A DNA stretch of 64,000 bases from IMG/VR virus record IMGVR_UViG_3300005573_001011, positions 32,001 through 96,000 of that record; one strand, 5' to 3'. Positions 28,851-38,700 of this stretch are shown here, one piece after another; the stretch's first letter is position 1; each line of letters starts with the position of its first letter. The position numbers and the translations under genes were made by a program. Source of the DNA: a virus. The notes below the pieces were generated by a model. That model saw only the letters and a list, made by a program, of their open reading frames with translations. It ran no database searches and had not been told where the DNA came from.

Positions 28851-29633
28851 ATGAAAATTCCAGGAGTTTTGGTGGTTATTCCATTTAAGGGTAGAATCGA
28901 CTTGTTGCAGGAAACGATAAAGAGTCTTACAGATATCTACGTTTCTGGGATGTGGTGGTCTCTAATACTTTGGGATGACGGAAGTACGGATGAAGAACTC
29001 AATACTTTGTGGAACTTAGCAAAGAGATTCTTAATAGTGAAACATGAAAACGTTGGCTACACGAACTCAGTGTATAATATAGTAGAACTAGCCAAAAGAG
29101 ATGCGTCTTTCGACTTCTTATTACTCTGTAATAGCGATGTCAAGCTTCACTTAAATACAATGTATTCATTATTAAATCGAGCTTTAAAGAACCCTAATGT
29201 AGCGGTAGTTGGCTGTAAAGTTCTTCACTATGGCAAAGACATTATCCAGCACACCGGAACAAGACTAGTAGATGGAGCAGTTACTGATCCTTACGTTGGT
29301 TTGCACAAGGACGACCCAAGCACTAAGTTTGTCGAAAGAAGGTTGTGGGTAAACGGATGTTGTGCTCTATACAGTCTAGATATTCTTAGAAAAGAAAACT
29401 TAAATTTCAGCCTAGAATTTGCTCCGGCTTACTTTGAAGAAGCAGACTTAATGACACAGCTAAACCTAATGGGTTACTCGGTTCTTTACGAACCAAAAGC
29501 CATTGTAGAACATTTCGTTGGTGGAACAATGCATTTGCAAAAAGACAAGTTCGAGCCAGTGTTTTGGCAAAATTGGGAGAAGTACCAGAAAAAGTGGAAA
29601 AAATACTTTAATAGTAAGCAACTTCAATTTTAG
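28851..29633 (+). CDS. GT2 glycosyltransferase
   Basis: DDGSTD, NSD, YFEEAD, HFVGGT. Confidence 0.85.
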   Translation: MKIPGVLVVIPFKGRIDLLQETIKSLTDIYVSGMWWSLILWDDGSTDEELNTLWNLAKRFLIVKHENVGYTNSVYNIVELAKRDASFDFLLLCNSDVKLHLNTMYSLLNRALKNPNVAVVGCKVLHYGKDIIQHTGTRLVDGAVTDPYVGLHKDDPSTKFVERRLWVNGCCALYSLDILRKENLNFSLEFAPAYFEEADLMTQLNLMGYSVLYEPKAIVEHFVGGTMHLQKDKFEPVFWQNWEKYQKKWKKYFNSKQLQF

Positions 29634-29642
29634 GAGACAAGA

Positions 29643-30707
29643 ATGCTGAGAGTAGCTTTCTATTCGAATAGAGTAAGATTCGACGGAGATTTCTTAGAAA
29701 AACGTGGTTTGGGAGGGTCTGAGAGTGCTCTTATAAACTTGACTACAGTATGGAAGCAAACGTTTCCAGAAGATTGTATCGTGGTATACAATTCACTTGA
29801 AAGAGAGACAAAAGAATTTAGTGGAGTTACTTACAAGAGTGTGCTAGACTTTAAGAGCGAGTGCAAAACATTCGATATAGATGTCTTCATAACTCTCAGA
29901 GACACTGAACCACTTTTCGAACCTTTTATTGACACAAAGTTGCTACTTTTTTGGAGTCAGGACGATAGTAACGAAGCTGGAATTAAGACGATAGCAACAA
30001 ACAAGTATTTGCAGGAGCGTTTGGACACGATCTTAGTAGTTAGTAACCATTCGTATAACGACATTAAACGTATTATTCCTACAACTCCCTTAGTTTTACT
30101 GAGAAATGGGTATAGGGAAGACTGGGCTGACGATAGCAACATGCGCAGAGATCCAATAGCTGCTTATAATTCCACACCGTTTCGTGGCTTAAGCATTTTA
30201 GCGGAAGTATGGTCAGAAATTTATTGGAAGTGCATGCAGTTAGGAGTTAACCCAGAACTCAGGGTTTTTACTGGCATGTCGCTTTATCAGCTTCCAGATA
30301 GGCCTCAAGAAGAGCAGATCTATAACACTCTTAAGCAATTGCCGAAAGTCACGTTTTGTGGTGCAATACCTCAGCGAAATCTTTACGAAGAACTGAAAAA
30401 AGTTAAAGTATTGCTTTACCCAAATACTTTTCTAGAAACAAGCTGTATGGCAGTGTTAGAAGCTTTAGCAAATGGAGTATGGGTTGTAACAAGTAATTTT
30501 GGTGCTTTGCCAGAGCAAGTCGTAGATAAACGAAATGGTTTCTTAATTAGTGGTGACCCTAACTCAAGTGAGTATAAAAAAGAGTTCGTAGAAAAAGCAG
30601 TATACAGTCTTGTGCATAAACTCGAACCAGATAGTGTTGGATTAATCTTTAGCTGGCAAGAACAAGTCTGTTTTCTTCGAGACTACATATGCAAAATGCT
30701 TTCTTAG
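29643..30707 (+). CDS. GT4/GT-B glycosyltransferase
   Basis: GLGGSE, STPFRGL, ETSCMAVLEALANG. Confidence 0.85.
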   Translation: MLRVAFYSNRVRFDGDFLEKRGLGGSESALINLTTVWKQTFPEDCIVVYNSLERETKEFSGVTYKSVLDFKSECKTFDIDVFITLRDTEPLFEPFIDTKLLLFWSQDDSNEAGIKTIATNKYLQERLDTILVVSNHSYNDIKRIIPTTPLVLLRNGYREDWADDSNMRRDPIAAYNSTPFRGLSILAEVWSEIYWKCMQLGVNPELRVFTGMSLYQLPDRPQEEQIYNTLKQLPKVTFCGAIPQRNLYEELKKVKVLLYPNTFLETSCMAVLEALANGVWVVTSNFGALPEQVVDKRNGFLISGDPNSSEYKKEFVEKAVYSLVHKLEPDSVGLIFSWQEQVCFLRDYICKMLS

Positions 30708-30720
30708 AAAAAACTTGCAA

Positions 30721-30961
30721 GCTATATATATTTATTATTGAAAAAATAAAGAAAGGAGGCAGTAAAAATGAACGTGGTAATTGAATACATAACTGGTGTT
30801 AGTAGGAGATTTAGTAATGTCGTAAGAATGCTCAGTCTACCTGGGCAGGTTATCATCGAGACGAGTGATGGTAGAAAATTCACGATCGACTCTAACAATG
30901 TGTTGTGGGTTCGTCGTGGGTAGAGACAAGAGAGAGAAGCTAAAGAAGCTTCTCTTTTTTT
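30721..30961 (+). repeat. Mini-gene cassette copy B
   Basis: ctatatatattt...ggaggcag...ORF...agagaagctaaagaagcttctcttttttt. Confidence 0.9.
30768..30923 (+). CDS. 51-aa hypothetical protein, copy B
   Basis: MNVVIEYITGVSRRFSNVVRMLSLPGQVIIETSDGRKFTIDSNNVLWVRRG. Confidence 0.8.
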   Translation: MNVVIEYITGVSRRFSNVVRMLSLPGQVIIETSDGRKFTIDSNNVLWVRRG

Positions 30962-30997
30962 ATCTTTTTTAAGAAAGAACGGGAGGAGACAGTATAA

Positions 30998-32032
30998 ATG
31001 AGTGAAACGAAAGAGCAATTTGGCGAAAAAATTGACGTTTCTATTACTATTGACGAAGTAATGGGTAGAGCTAGGCCGTCAGAAGACAAGGCTTTCGTAA
31101 TTATTCAAGATGGCGGTGTTGGTGACGCTATCTGTGCTACACCAATGATTGAGTCTGCTAGAAAAACTTACCCAAACAAGAAGATTATTGTTGGTTCTTC
31201 ACATCACGAAATCTTAATTGGCAACCCGAATATTGACGTACTGTATAATTTAGCGTTTCCAGGAGACTTGTTTGAGAAGTGGGTCAAACCACTTAGGCAC
31301 TTTGGGTCAGTCATAAAGAGAGATATCTATAACGAATGTGCTCACAAGTTATTTCCAGGACGATTAAGTAAAGTATGGTGCTGGTTGTATAACGTTCCCT
31401 ATCCCGGGGATAACATTAGAGTTTATCTGTCAGACCAAGAAGATGCAGAAGCTAAGTATTTCTTAAAGTCATTTCCTAAACCCGTTATTATTATTCATCC
31501 ATTTGGAGCTAGACTAACGTTTAATCCTGAAGTTCAGATAACTGAAAATAAAGATTGGTTTGTAGACCGCTGGACTGAGTTAGTTAAAGTACTGAGCAAA
31601 GACTTCGACATAATACAAGTTGGGGGTCAAAAAGAGCAGCAAATACCAGGTGTTTCTTGCTATCTTTTGGGGTCGACTTCTTTAAGACAGACAGCTGCTC
31701 TACTGAAAAACTGCTTAACTTTCGTTTCTATAGATAGCTTTGTGGGTCACTGTGGTCCAGCTGTTGGTAAGAGGGGAGTTGTACTATTTGGAAGAAGCAA
31801 TCCTTGGATCGCTGGTCATGAAGTAAACGAAAACGTATTTGTACCCAACTCGTGTGAGTTTAATGACCTCTTTTGTGGTCGTCCGCAAGGCTACTTTGGG
31901 GACTCAGAATTATATAAAGGGTCACTGAGACCATGGGCGTGCCCGCACCGTAGTTGTATGAGAGCAATTACGACAAATCTCGTTCTCAAACACTTATATA
32001 AGATAATAGATGTAGAGTTAAAGAAAAAGTAA
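30998..32032 (+). CDS. GT9 (heptosyltransferase-like) glycosyltransferase
   Basis: GGVGDAICATP, K.W...W, SIDSFVGH, VVLFG, C...CM..I. Confidence 0.85.
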   Translation: MSETKEQFGEKIDVSITIDEVMGRARPSEDKAFVIIQDGGVGDAICATPMIESARKTYPNKKIIVGSSHHEILIGNPNIDVLYNLAFPGDLFEKWVKPLRHFGSVIKRDIYNECAHKLFPGRLSKVWCWLYNVPYPGDNIRVYLSDQEDAEAKYFLKSFPKPVIIIHPFGARLTFNPEVQITENKDWFVDRWTELVKVLSKDFDIIQVGGQKEQQIPGVSCYLLGSTSLRQTAALLKNCLTFVSIDSFVGHCGPAVGKRGVVLFGRSNPWIAGHEVNENVFVPNSCEFNDLFCGRPQGYFGDSELYKGSLRPWACPHRSCMRAITTNLVLKHLYKIIDVELKKK

Positions 32033-32211
32033 ACTGTTAGTATAGAGTCACGAGTAGACAAGAAGTGTGCAGAGCTACACACGGCTGCTTAGTGGTAGGA
32101 GGCGTCAGACTACCAGCTTCTTGTCTCTTTTTCATTTTTTTTTGCTTATTTCAGTAGAACAAACTATTGGGAGACGTGCAGCTTGCTTAACAGTTTTTTT
32201 GGAGGGAAAAC

Positions 32212-32679
32212 ATGGCTGATGAAGAAAGAGGCCAATATTTAAAGAAACCAGACCTAGATCTACTATTAGGAGCTTACAAGAACCAAATAGAATTAAATAG
32301 CGTTATTTTAGAAAGACAGAACCAATTATTGATGCAACAGCAACAAATTGTAGACAAAATAAAAATCGTTTGTGAGTCGATAGAGAAAGTAGTCCAAAAA
32401 GTAGATGCATCGTCTAGCAAAGCTATTGAAGTTCAGGAAAAATTGTTCGAAAAGACTACAGATGAGGTTAAAGAAGTTAAAGAAAAGCTTGCAAATTTCG
32501 AAATCTCTACCACGAAAGCTTACGGGAATTTGAAGTACTTGCTCTACGTAGGCTTTATTGGTCTGTCTGGTATTGCAGTCTCTTTAGTTAATCTTCTCTG
32601 GTCTACATACAATAAGTTTGATACTATTGAAAAAGTTTTTAATATTGTTAAAGAAATAGCAAAGAAAATTAACATTTAG
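32212..32679 (+). CDS. Coiled-coil protein with C-terminal TM helix
   Basis: Heptads followed by YLLYVGFIGLSGIAVSLV. Confidence 0.65.
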   Translation: MADEERGQYLKKPDLDLLLGAYKNQIELNSVILERQNQLLMQQQQIVDKIKIVCESIEKVVQKVDASSSKAIEVQEKLFEKTTDEVKEVKEKLANFEISTTKAYGNLKYLLYVGFIGLSGIAVSLVNLLWSTYNKFDTIEKVFNIVKEIAKKINI

Positions 32680-32692
32680 AGGAGCTATTGAG

Positions 32693-33511
32693 ATGCGGAA
32701 AGTTGTGTTGTTTTGTGGTGATGAAGTATCGAAGAATCTAAAAGAGATTCTTAGCAAAAAGGGTGATATAACGTTTGCAGAAGACGTTAATTTAGCTGAC
32801 CTAATAATTGTGCAGGAAGAGTTTCTGACAAAAATGCCTGATATTAGCAATCTACCTTTTACGCCTTTGCTTATTGTTTGCGACTATGACTACCAGACCT
32901 CTCTCCCAGAGTTACTTTGCAAGAACGGAATCTATTCTCTTTTGTCGAAAGACTCTAGTAAAAGGGAAGTGTTAGACAAAGTCGACTTTTCATTAAGAGT
33001 CCGTAGTAAGCTGCTTGAAATTCAAGATGACTTACGTAAAGCAGAAAGCGAACGAACACGTTTCGAAGAAAACATATGGGAGCTAATCGATTACGCGAAG
33101 TTCTTCTTAGTTGTTTTGGACAAAGACTTAAATATAAGAGTGTGTAATGATTCCCTTGCTAGTACCTTAGGACTGCGAGATGGAAAAGAAGCTGTCGGAA
33201 TGAATTGGCTAAGCTTTACCCCAGAAGAGTCTAGAGAGTCTCTAAAGAGAGTGTACTCTTACTTGTTTAGTGGTGATGAAACTCACAAAGAGTTTGTCGA
33301 AGAAATTGCAACCGCTACTAATGAAGTCATTTTCATTAAGTGGTTCAATAGGTTAGCTAATGGAAGCTTACTCTTAAGAGTTGGCGTAGCAACTAGTAGT
33401 GAAAATAACTCGAGAAAGACAATAGACGACGTAAGACTTTACTTCAAGAACGTAATAGAAAAAGATAGGACAATGATCGAAGTACTGAAGAAGTCTATTA
33501 ATGTGTGTTAG
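32693..33511 (+). CDS. PAS-domain protein with degenerate receiver-like N-terminus
   Basis: 'LVVLDKDLNIRVCN...LG....EAVGMNWLSFTPEE' PAS signature. Confidence 0.7.
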   Translation: MRKVVLFCGDEVSKNLKEILSKKGDITFAEDVNLADLIIVQEEFLTKMPDISNLPFTPLLIVCDYDYQTSLPELLCKNGIYSLLSKDSSKREVLDKVDFSLRVRSKLLEIQDDLRKAESERTRFEENIWELIDYAKFFLVVLDKDLNIRVCNDSLASTLGLRDGKEAVGMNWLSFTPEESRESLKRVYSYLFSGDETHKEFVEEIATATNEVIFIKWFNRLANGSLLLRVGVATSSENNSRKTIDDVRLYFKNVIEKDRTMIEVLKKSINVC

Positions 33512-33538
33512 AGTAAGCTTGCCTAGAGGAGGAAAACT

Positions 33539-34357
33539 ATGGCTATAAAAACTAAGTACACTGACGGAGCCATTCCCGACGTATCTATACAAAGCTTAGT
33601 AGACTCTTATAAATTTACTGCAGCGGAGCTCCCGTTCGAAGAATTTTGCAAAATGATAACAGTTCCTAAGTATGTAGAAACACTAGCACCCGACTTTATA
33701 GACTTAGGTCCGTTTACAGCGACTAAACTAACTGACAAAACGGAAGATGAAGAAATAAGAAGCTTTAAATCTGAGTGGGAAAATGGTGTAGCTGAAACTG
33801 TTAAGAAAACGTTCGATATAGATTTCCACTTTTATTGCGAGCCAGATGGTGATCTTGAAAGTTATTTTGAAGACCTTTACATGGTTGCATACGTTATTAA
33901 GCTAAAAAGTAGCAACAAGATGACTTCAATGTTGGGTCTAATAAGAAAGTCGAGAAATCTGTCTTTTTGCTCCGCTAATGGAAGACTAGAATGGTCTACT
34001 AAGTCGTTTATTGGCAGCAGGCTTTTTTATGCTTATGTCTTACTGCACCCTAGAGAGTTCGGAGTAACTTCGGTGCAAAGCACTAAAACTCAAAAAGTAC
34101 ATAATCTTATTGTTAATTTTATAAAGAAAGACTACGACGCTAGTAGTGAGTCGATAAAGCAACTTTTTGACGAACTAAGTCCTACCTTTGTGGAAGAAGA
34201 CTTTAAGGAACTGTATAAAAACTTGTGGTACAATATCGAACAGATCAGATCTGAAAAGCTGATAGTATGGAGATGGGACCGAGATACAATGTTATCTAAG
34301 TTCCAAAATTTCGAAGCAGTTGTCGAAATGGCTAATTCCTTGTGGAGAGAGCTTTAA
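33539..34357 (+). CDS. Hypothetical protein, possible GNAT-like fold
   Basis: GGAGG RBS; weak 'FIGSRLFYAYVLLHPREFGVTSV' resemblance only. Confidence 0.45.
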   Translation: MAIKTKYTDGAIPDVSIQSLVDSYKFTAAELPFEEFCKMITVPKYVETLAPDFIDLGPFTATKLTDKTEDEEIRSFKSEWENGVAETVKKTFDIDFHFYCEPDGDLESYFEDLYMVAYVIKLKSSNKMTSMLGLIRKSRNLSFCSANGRLEWSTKSFIGSRLFYAYVLLHPREFGVTSVQSTKTQKVHNLIVNFIKKDYDASSESIKQLFDELSPTFVEEDFKELYKNLWYNIEQIRSEKLIVWRWDRDTMLSKFQNFEAVVEMANSLWREL

Positions 34358-34881
34358 TGAATATTGAAGAGCAAAAGTTTCTCTACAACCAGTGGATCAC
34401 TAGTTGTAAGAGCTTTCACGATGTAGATTCTTGGTTTAAACAAGGGTTCAGGTTTTCTGCCGAGCGTGAAGAAGAGTGCTGGAGAGAAATAAGAAGTGGC
34501 ACGTTGCCTCCGCGGGTCCTTAAGCCGTACGAAGTGTTTTCACTAAAGTCTGGGTGCTGTCTCGACATCACTTGGTTTACTGGAAAGTCTTTAAGCCTCA
34601 TTAACAGTTCTTACAATATAAGGTACAATACAATCGTTACTATTAGATTCAAGCTGATCCATACTCTTGTCACTTTTACATATAATTCTAAGCTCTATAC
34701 TATTGACTATTCTTTTCCGGAGACGATACCTGCTTTTAAGGCAATGTGTGGTCTCTGGGGGCCATTTGATAGCTTAGATTCTATCGTAAAAGATTTTTAC
34801 TTAAAAATGAATCCCAAGTATAAAAATGTGGACTACTATCACGAAGGGTGGCCTGACCTGCGTGATTATGTAGCTTCGTAA
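34357..34881 (+). CDS. Transglutaminase-like cysteine peptidase, copy 2
   Basis: SGCCLD, IHTLV and TIDY form a putative Cys-His-Asp triad; TAATG coupling to the upstream gene. Confidence 0.65.
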   Translation: MNIEEQKFLYNQWITSCKSFHDVDSWFKQGFRFSAEREEECWREIRSGTLPPRVLKPYEVFSLKSGCCLDITWFTGKSLSLINSSYNIRYNTIVTIRFKLIHTLVTFTYNSKLYTIDYSFPETIPAFKAMCGLWGPFDSLDSIVKDFYLKMNPKYKNVDYYHEGWPDLRDYVAS

Positions 34882-34892
34882 GAGGAAAACGA

Positions 34893-35777
34893 ATGGAAAT
34901 CTTAGCAAACTATGACGAGCTAAAAAAAGTTGTCAGTGGACTAAAGAGCCAAGGAAAAGTAATAGGTCGCTTCGGAACTTGCGGTGGTATTCACCAAGGT
35001 CATTTAGCTGGCATAGACTTTGTTCGAGACAAAGCAGACGTTGTCATTGTGACGTTTAACGACTGGATTAATCCAGCTATCTACTCGATGTCTGGACTCC
35101 CAGACTTCATGTTTCCACCATATACTAGACAAAGACCAGACGATATAGAGAAACTTGAACAAACTAGTAAAGTAGACTACCTTATTAAAGTTCCTTTTTC
35201 AGAAAAGATTTGGAACGAAGTAACTGAAGCTCGGTCAGTTCTAGTGAAGGAAGACGAATTCTTTAGAAAGCACAACTTGCTTACTAATCCAAATGCACAG
35301 TGGTTTGGCTTAATAGCTGCTATAGCAGCACAGTGGTATTGTCCGGAACACGACCTTGCAGACATAGTAGGATACGGAGCGAAAGACGCTGTTTATGTCT
35401 TGCTGGCTGAAGCAATTCTCAGGAAGTACGACAAAGGAGTGTTAGGAAAAGTTATAGAGTTTTACCCAGTTGTAAGAAGTAAAGACTTGTTTCCACTTTC
35501 TTCTTCTGAGCTACTTAGTACTGATGTAGAAAAGGTTACTAAAGAGAAACAACTCTTCGAATATTTTAAGCACTGCTATCTAGAGTTGAGGAAGACAGGG
35601 AGGGTTCCCGAATATAATTTGGAAGAAAAATGGAGACTTTATCTGATTGAGAAAGATACTCTGCAATTTGTAGAGGTTTTAGAGTCTGGTAAACCTTACT
35701 TTTTTGTTTGCTTAAAACCGTACAAAGTCGGAAATCGTACTTTAGTTTTTAGAGATTGTTTTGATTTTGTTGCTTAA
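34893..35777 (+). CDS. Divergent PanC-like HxGH adenylating enzyme, copy 2
   Basis: 'GKVIGRFGTCGGIHQGH...ADVVIVT', 'YGAKD' and 'PVVRSKDLFPLSSS' parallel the PanC motifs. Confidence 0.7.
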   Translation: MEILANYDELKKVVSGLKSQGKVIGRFGTCGGIHQGHLAGIDFVRDKADVVIVTFNDWINPAIYSMSGLPDFMFPPYTRQRPDDIEKLEQTSKVDYLIKVPFSEKIWNEVTEARSVLVKEDEFFRKHNLLTNPNAQWFGLIAAIAAQWYCPEHDLADIVGYGAKDAVYVLLAEAILRKYDKGVLGKVIEFYPVVRSKDLFPLSSSELLSTDVEKVTKEKQLFEYFKHCYLELRKTGRVPEYNLEEKWRLYLIEKDTLQFVEVLESGKPYFFVCLKPYKVGNRTLVFRDCFDFVA

Positions 35778-35791
35778 AGAGGTGGAGAAAA

Positions 35792-38700
35792 ATGCTTATC
35801 CAAACTTTTGCCAGAGGGCTTTCTGGTTATAGTGGTTATTCTGGAATAGCTGGTACGGCAGCTAGCTCAGGTTACTCTGGAATTTCTGGATATAGCGGGT
35901 ACTACGGATATTCTGGATATTCTGGCATAAGTGGTTATAGTGGTATTGAAGGAGCGGAAGGCTTAAGTGGATACAGTGGTTTCTCTGGGTATTCAGGAGT
36001 TTCTGGTTACTCGGGTATCGAGGGCTTAGAGGGTCTGTCAGGCTATTCTGGTGTCTCTGGATATTCAGGTATTAGCGGATACTCTGGTATCTCTGGGTAT
36101 TCTGGAATAGAAGGTGCAGAAGGCTTAAGTGGATATTCAGGTATTAGCGGATACTCTGGAATCTCTGGCATAAGCGGTTATAGTGGATATTCTGGTTTAG
36201 AGGGAATCGAAGGCTTATCTGGTTATAGCGGTATTTCTGGATATTCAGGAATTTCGGGTTATTCTGGTCTTGAAGGAGCGGAAGGCTTAAGTGGTTATTC
36301 AGGAATAAGCGGTTACAGTGGTATTTCTGGCTACTCTGGGCTTGAAGGTGTAGAGGGTTTAAGTGGCTATTCTGGGATTTCTGGCTACAGTGGCTTATTT
36401 GGAATAAGTGGTTATTCGGGAATTAGCGGATACAGTGGTATCGAAGGCACTGAAGGATATTCTGGCTACAGTGGCGTAAGCGGATACTCTGGAATCTCTG
36501 GCATAAGTGGTTATAGTGGTGTTGAAGGAGCGGAAGGCTTAAGTGGATACTCTGGCATTGAAGGAGCCCAAGGATTATCTGGATATTCAGGCATTAGTGG
36601 ATACTCTGGCATTGAAGGAGCCCAAGGATTATCTGGTTATTCAGGCATTAGTGGATACTCTGGTATTGAAGGAGCTCAAGGATTATCTGGTTATTCAGGC
36701 ATTAGCGGTATCTCTGGATACTCTGGAATAAGCGGATATAGTGGAATAAGTGGTATTTCTGGATATTCTGGAGCTCAATTTGTTGGTTCTTCTGGTTATT
36801 CAGGTATTTCTGGATATTCTGGTATAAGCGGTTACTCTGGAATAAGTGGTTATAGTGGTATCTCTGGATATTCTGGAATAACTGGTATTTCTGGTTACTC
36901 AGGAATAAGTGGTATTAGTGGAATAAGTGGATACTCTGGAATAAGTGGATACAGTGGTATTTCTGGATACTCCGGAATAGAAGGTACTGAAGGGTTATCG
37001 GGTTACTCTGGTATAAGTGGGTACAGTGGAATTTCTGGCTACTCAGGAATAAGTGGTTACTCAGGGTTAGAAGGTGCTTATAGTGCTAGTGGGTATTCTG
37101 GTATAAGTGGATACAGCGGAATATCGGGTTATTCTGGGCTATCTGGTTATAAAGGTCTTAACTGGACTGGGAACTGGGACTCTACAACTACGTACTATGT
37201 AAATGACGTAGTCTATCATGAAGGCTCGTCTTACGTATGCGTGCAAGAAAATATAAATCAAGAACCGCCTAACGAAGATTATTGGCAACTTCTAGCTTTA
37301 GCTGGTGTTCCAGGTTATACTTCTCAGCAAGCCAGTATGTATCGTTCGGGGGCTAACCAACCTATTCCAAACGTTACTTGGACTAAGGTACAGCTTAACG
37401 CAATTAGTTTTGACCCTTACAATATTTGTAATGTTTCAAATTATAGAATTAAACCAACGGAAGCAGGATATTATTTAGTTGTTGGATATGGAAGTATTGA
37501 TTTAGGTAGTGGAAATGTTTTTGTTGTAGCTATTTATAAGAATGGTAGTCTATTGGTCTACGGAACGGATGTAGCTTTACAATCTGGGATAGGTTATACG
37601 AGAAGTATTGCATCGCAGATTGTTTACATGAATGGTAGCACTGACTATTTAGAACTGTGGTGTTACCAGCAGAGTGGAACTACAAGGTCACTGTTATCAG
37701 GAAGTGAAAATACATATCTATCAATAGTAAGCATTGCAGGTCCACAGGGTTCAAGCGGATACTCTGGATTAAGTGGATATAGCGGAATAAGTGGTTATAG
37801 TGGCATACAAGGATTATCTGGTTACTCTGGAATTTCTGGAATAAGCGGTTTCAGTGGATATTCTGGCTTAGAGGGAACTGAAGGTTTATCTGGTTATAGC
37901 GGTGTCTCTGGATATTCAGGTATTAGCGGTTACTCTGGAATAAGTGGTATCTCTGGATATTCTGGAGCTCAATTTGTTGGTTCTTCTGGTTACTCAGGTA
38001 TTTCTGGATACTCTGGAATAGAAGGAGTCGAAGGCTTAAGTGGATACTCTGGAATAAGTGGCTATAGTGGTATTGAAGGAGCAGAGGGCTTAAGTGGTTA
38101 TTCAGGAATTTCTGGTTACTCTGGAATAAGTGGTTACTCTGGAATTTCTGGTTACTCTGGAATAGAAGGAGTAGAAGGCTTAAGTGGCTATAGCGGTCGT
38201 TCTGGATACTCTGGCATTAGTGGCTATAGTGGTATTGAAGGCGTAGAAGGCTTAAGCGGTTACTCTGGAATAAGTGGATATAGCGGCGTCTCTGGTTACT
38301 CCGGAATAGAAGGCTTATCTGGCTACTCTGGCATAAGCGGTTACTCTGGAATAAGTGGATATAGCGGCGTCTCTGGTTACTCTGGAATAGAAGGTACAGA
38401 AGGCTTAAGTGGTTATTCCGGCATAAGCGGATATTCAGGAATTTCAGGCCTATCTGGCTATTCTGGAATAAGTGGTTACAGTGGTATTTCTGGTTACTCT
38501 GGTCTTGAAGGTGTGGAAGGCTTAAGCGGTTATTCTGGGATTTCTGGATACTCTGGAATCTCTGGATACTCTGGGATAGAAGGAGTCGAAGGCTTAAGTG
38601 GATATTCAGGTATTAGCGGATATTCTGGATATTCTGGCATAAGTGGTTATAGTGGTGTTGAAGGAGCGGAAGGCTTAAGTGGTTACTCTGGTGCAAGTGG

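Noticed and set aside
25220-31018. Track ORFs 25220..25504 (+) and 30722..31018 (-), which resemble each other
   Set aside because: They are the antisense of the real 50/51-aa cassette genes, which have RBS, promoter motif and terminator.
34893-35777. Calling the PanC-like genes true panC auxiliary metabolic genes
   Set aside because: They are highly divergent, duplicated, lack other pan genes nearby and sit in structural operons, so no gene symbol was assigned.
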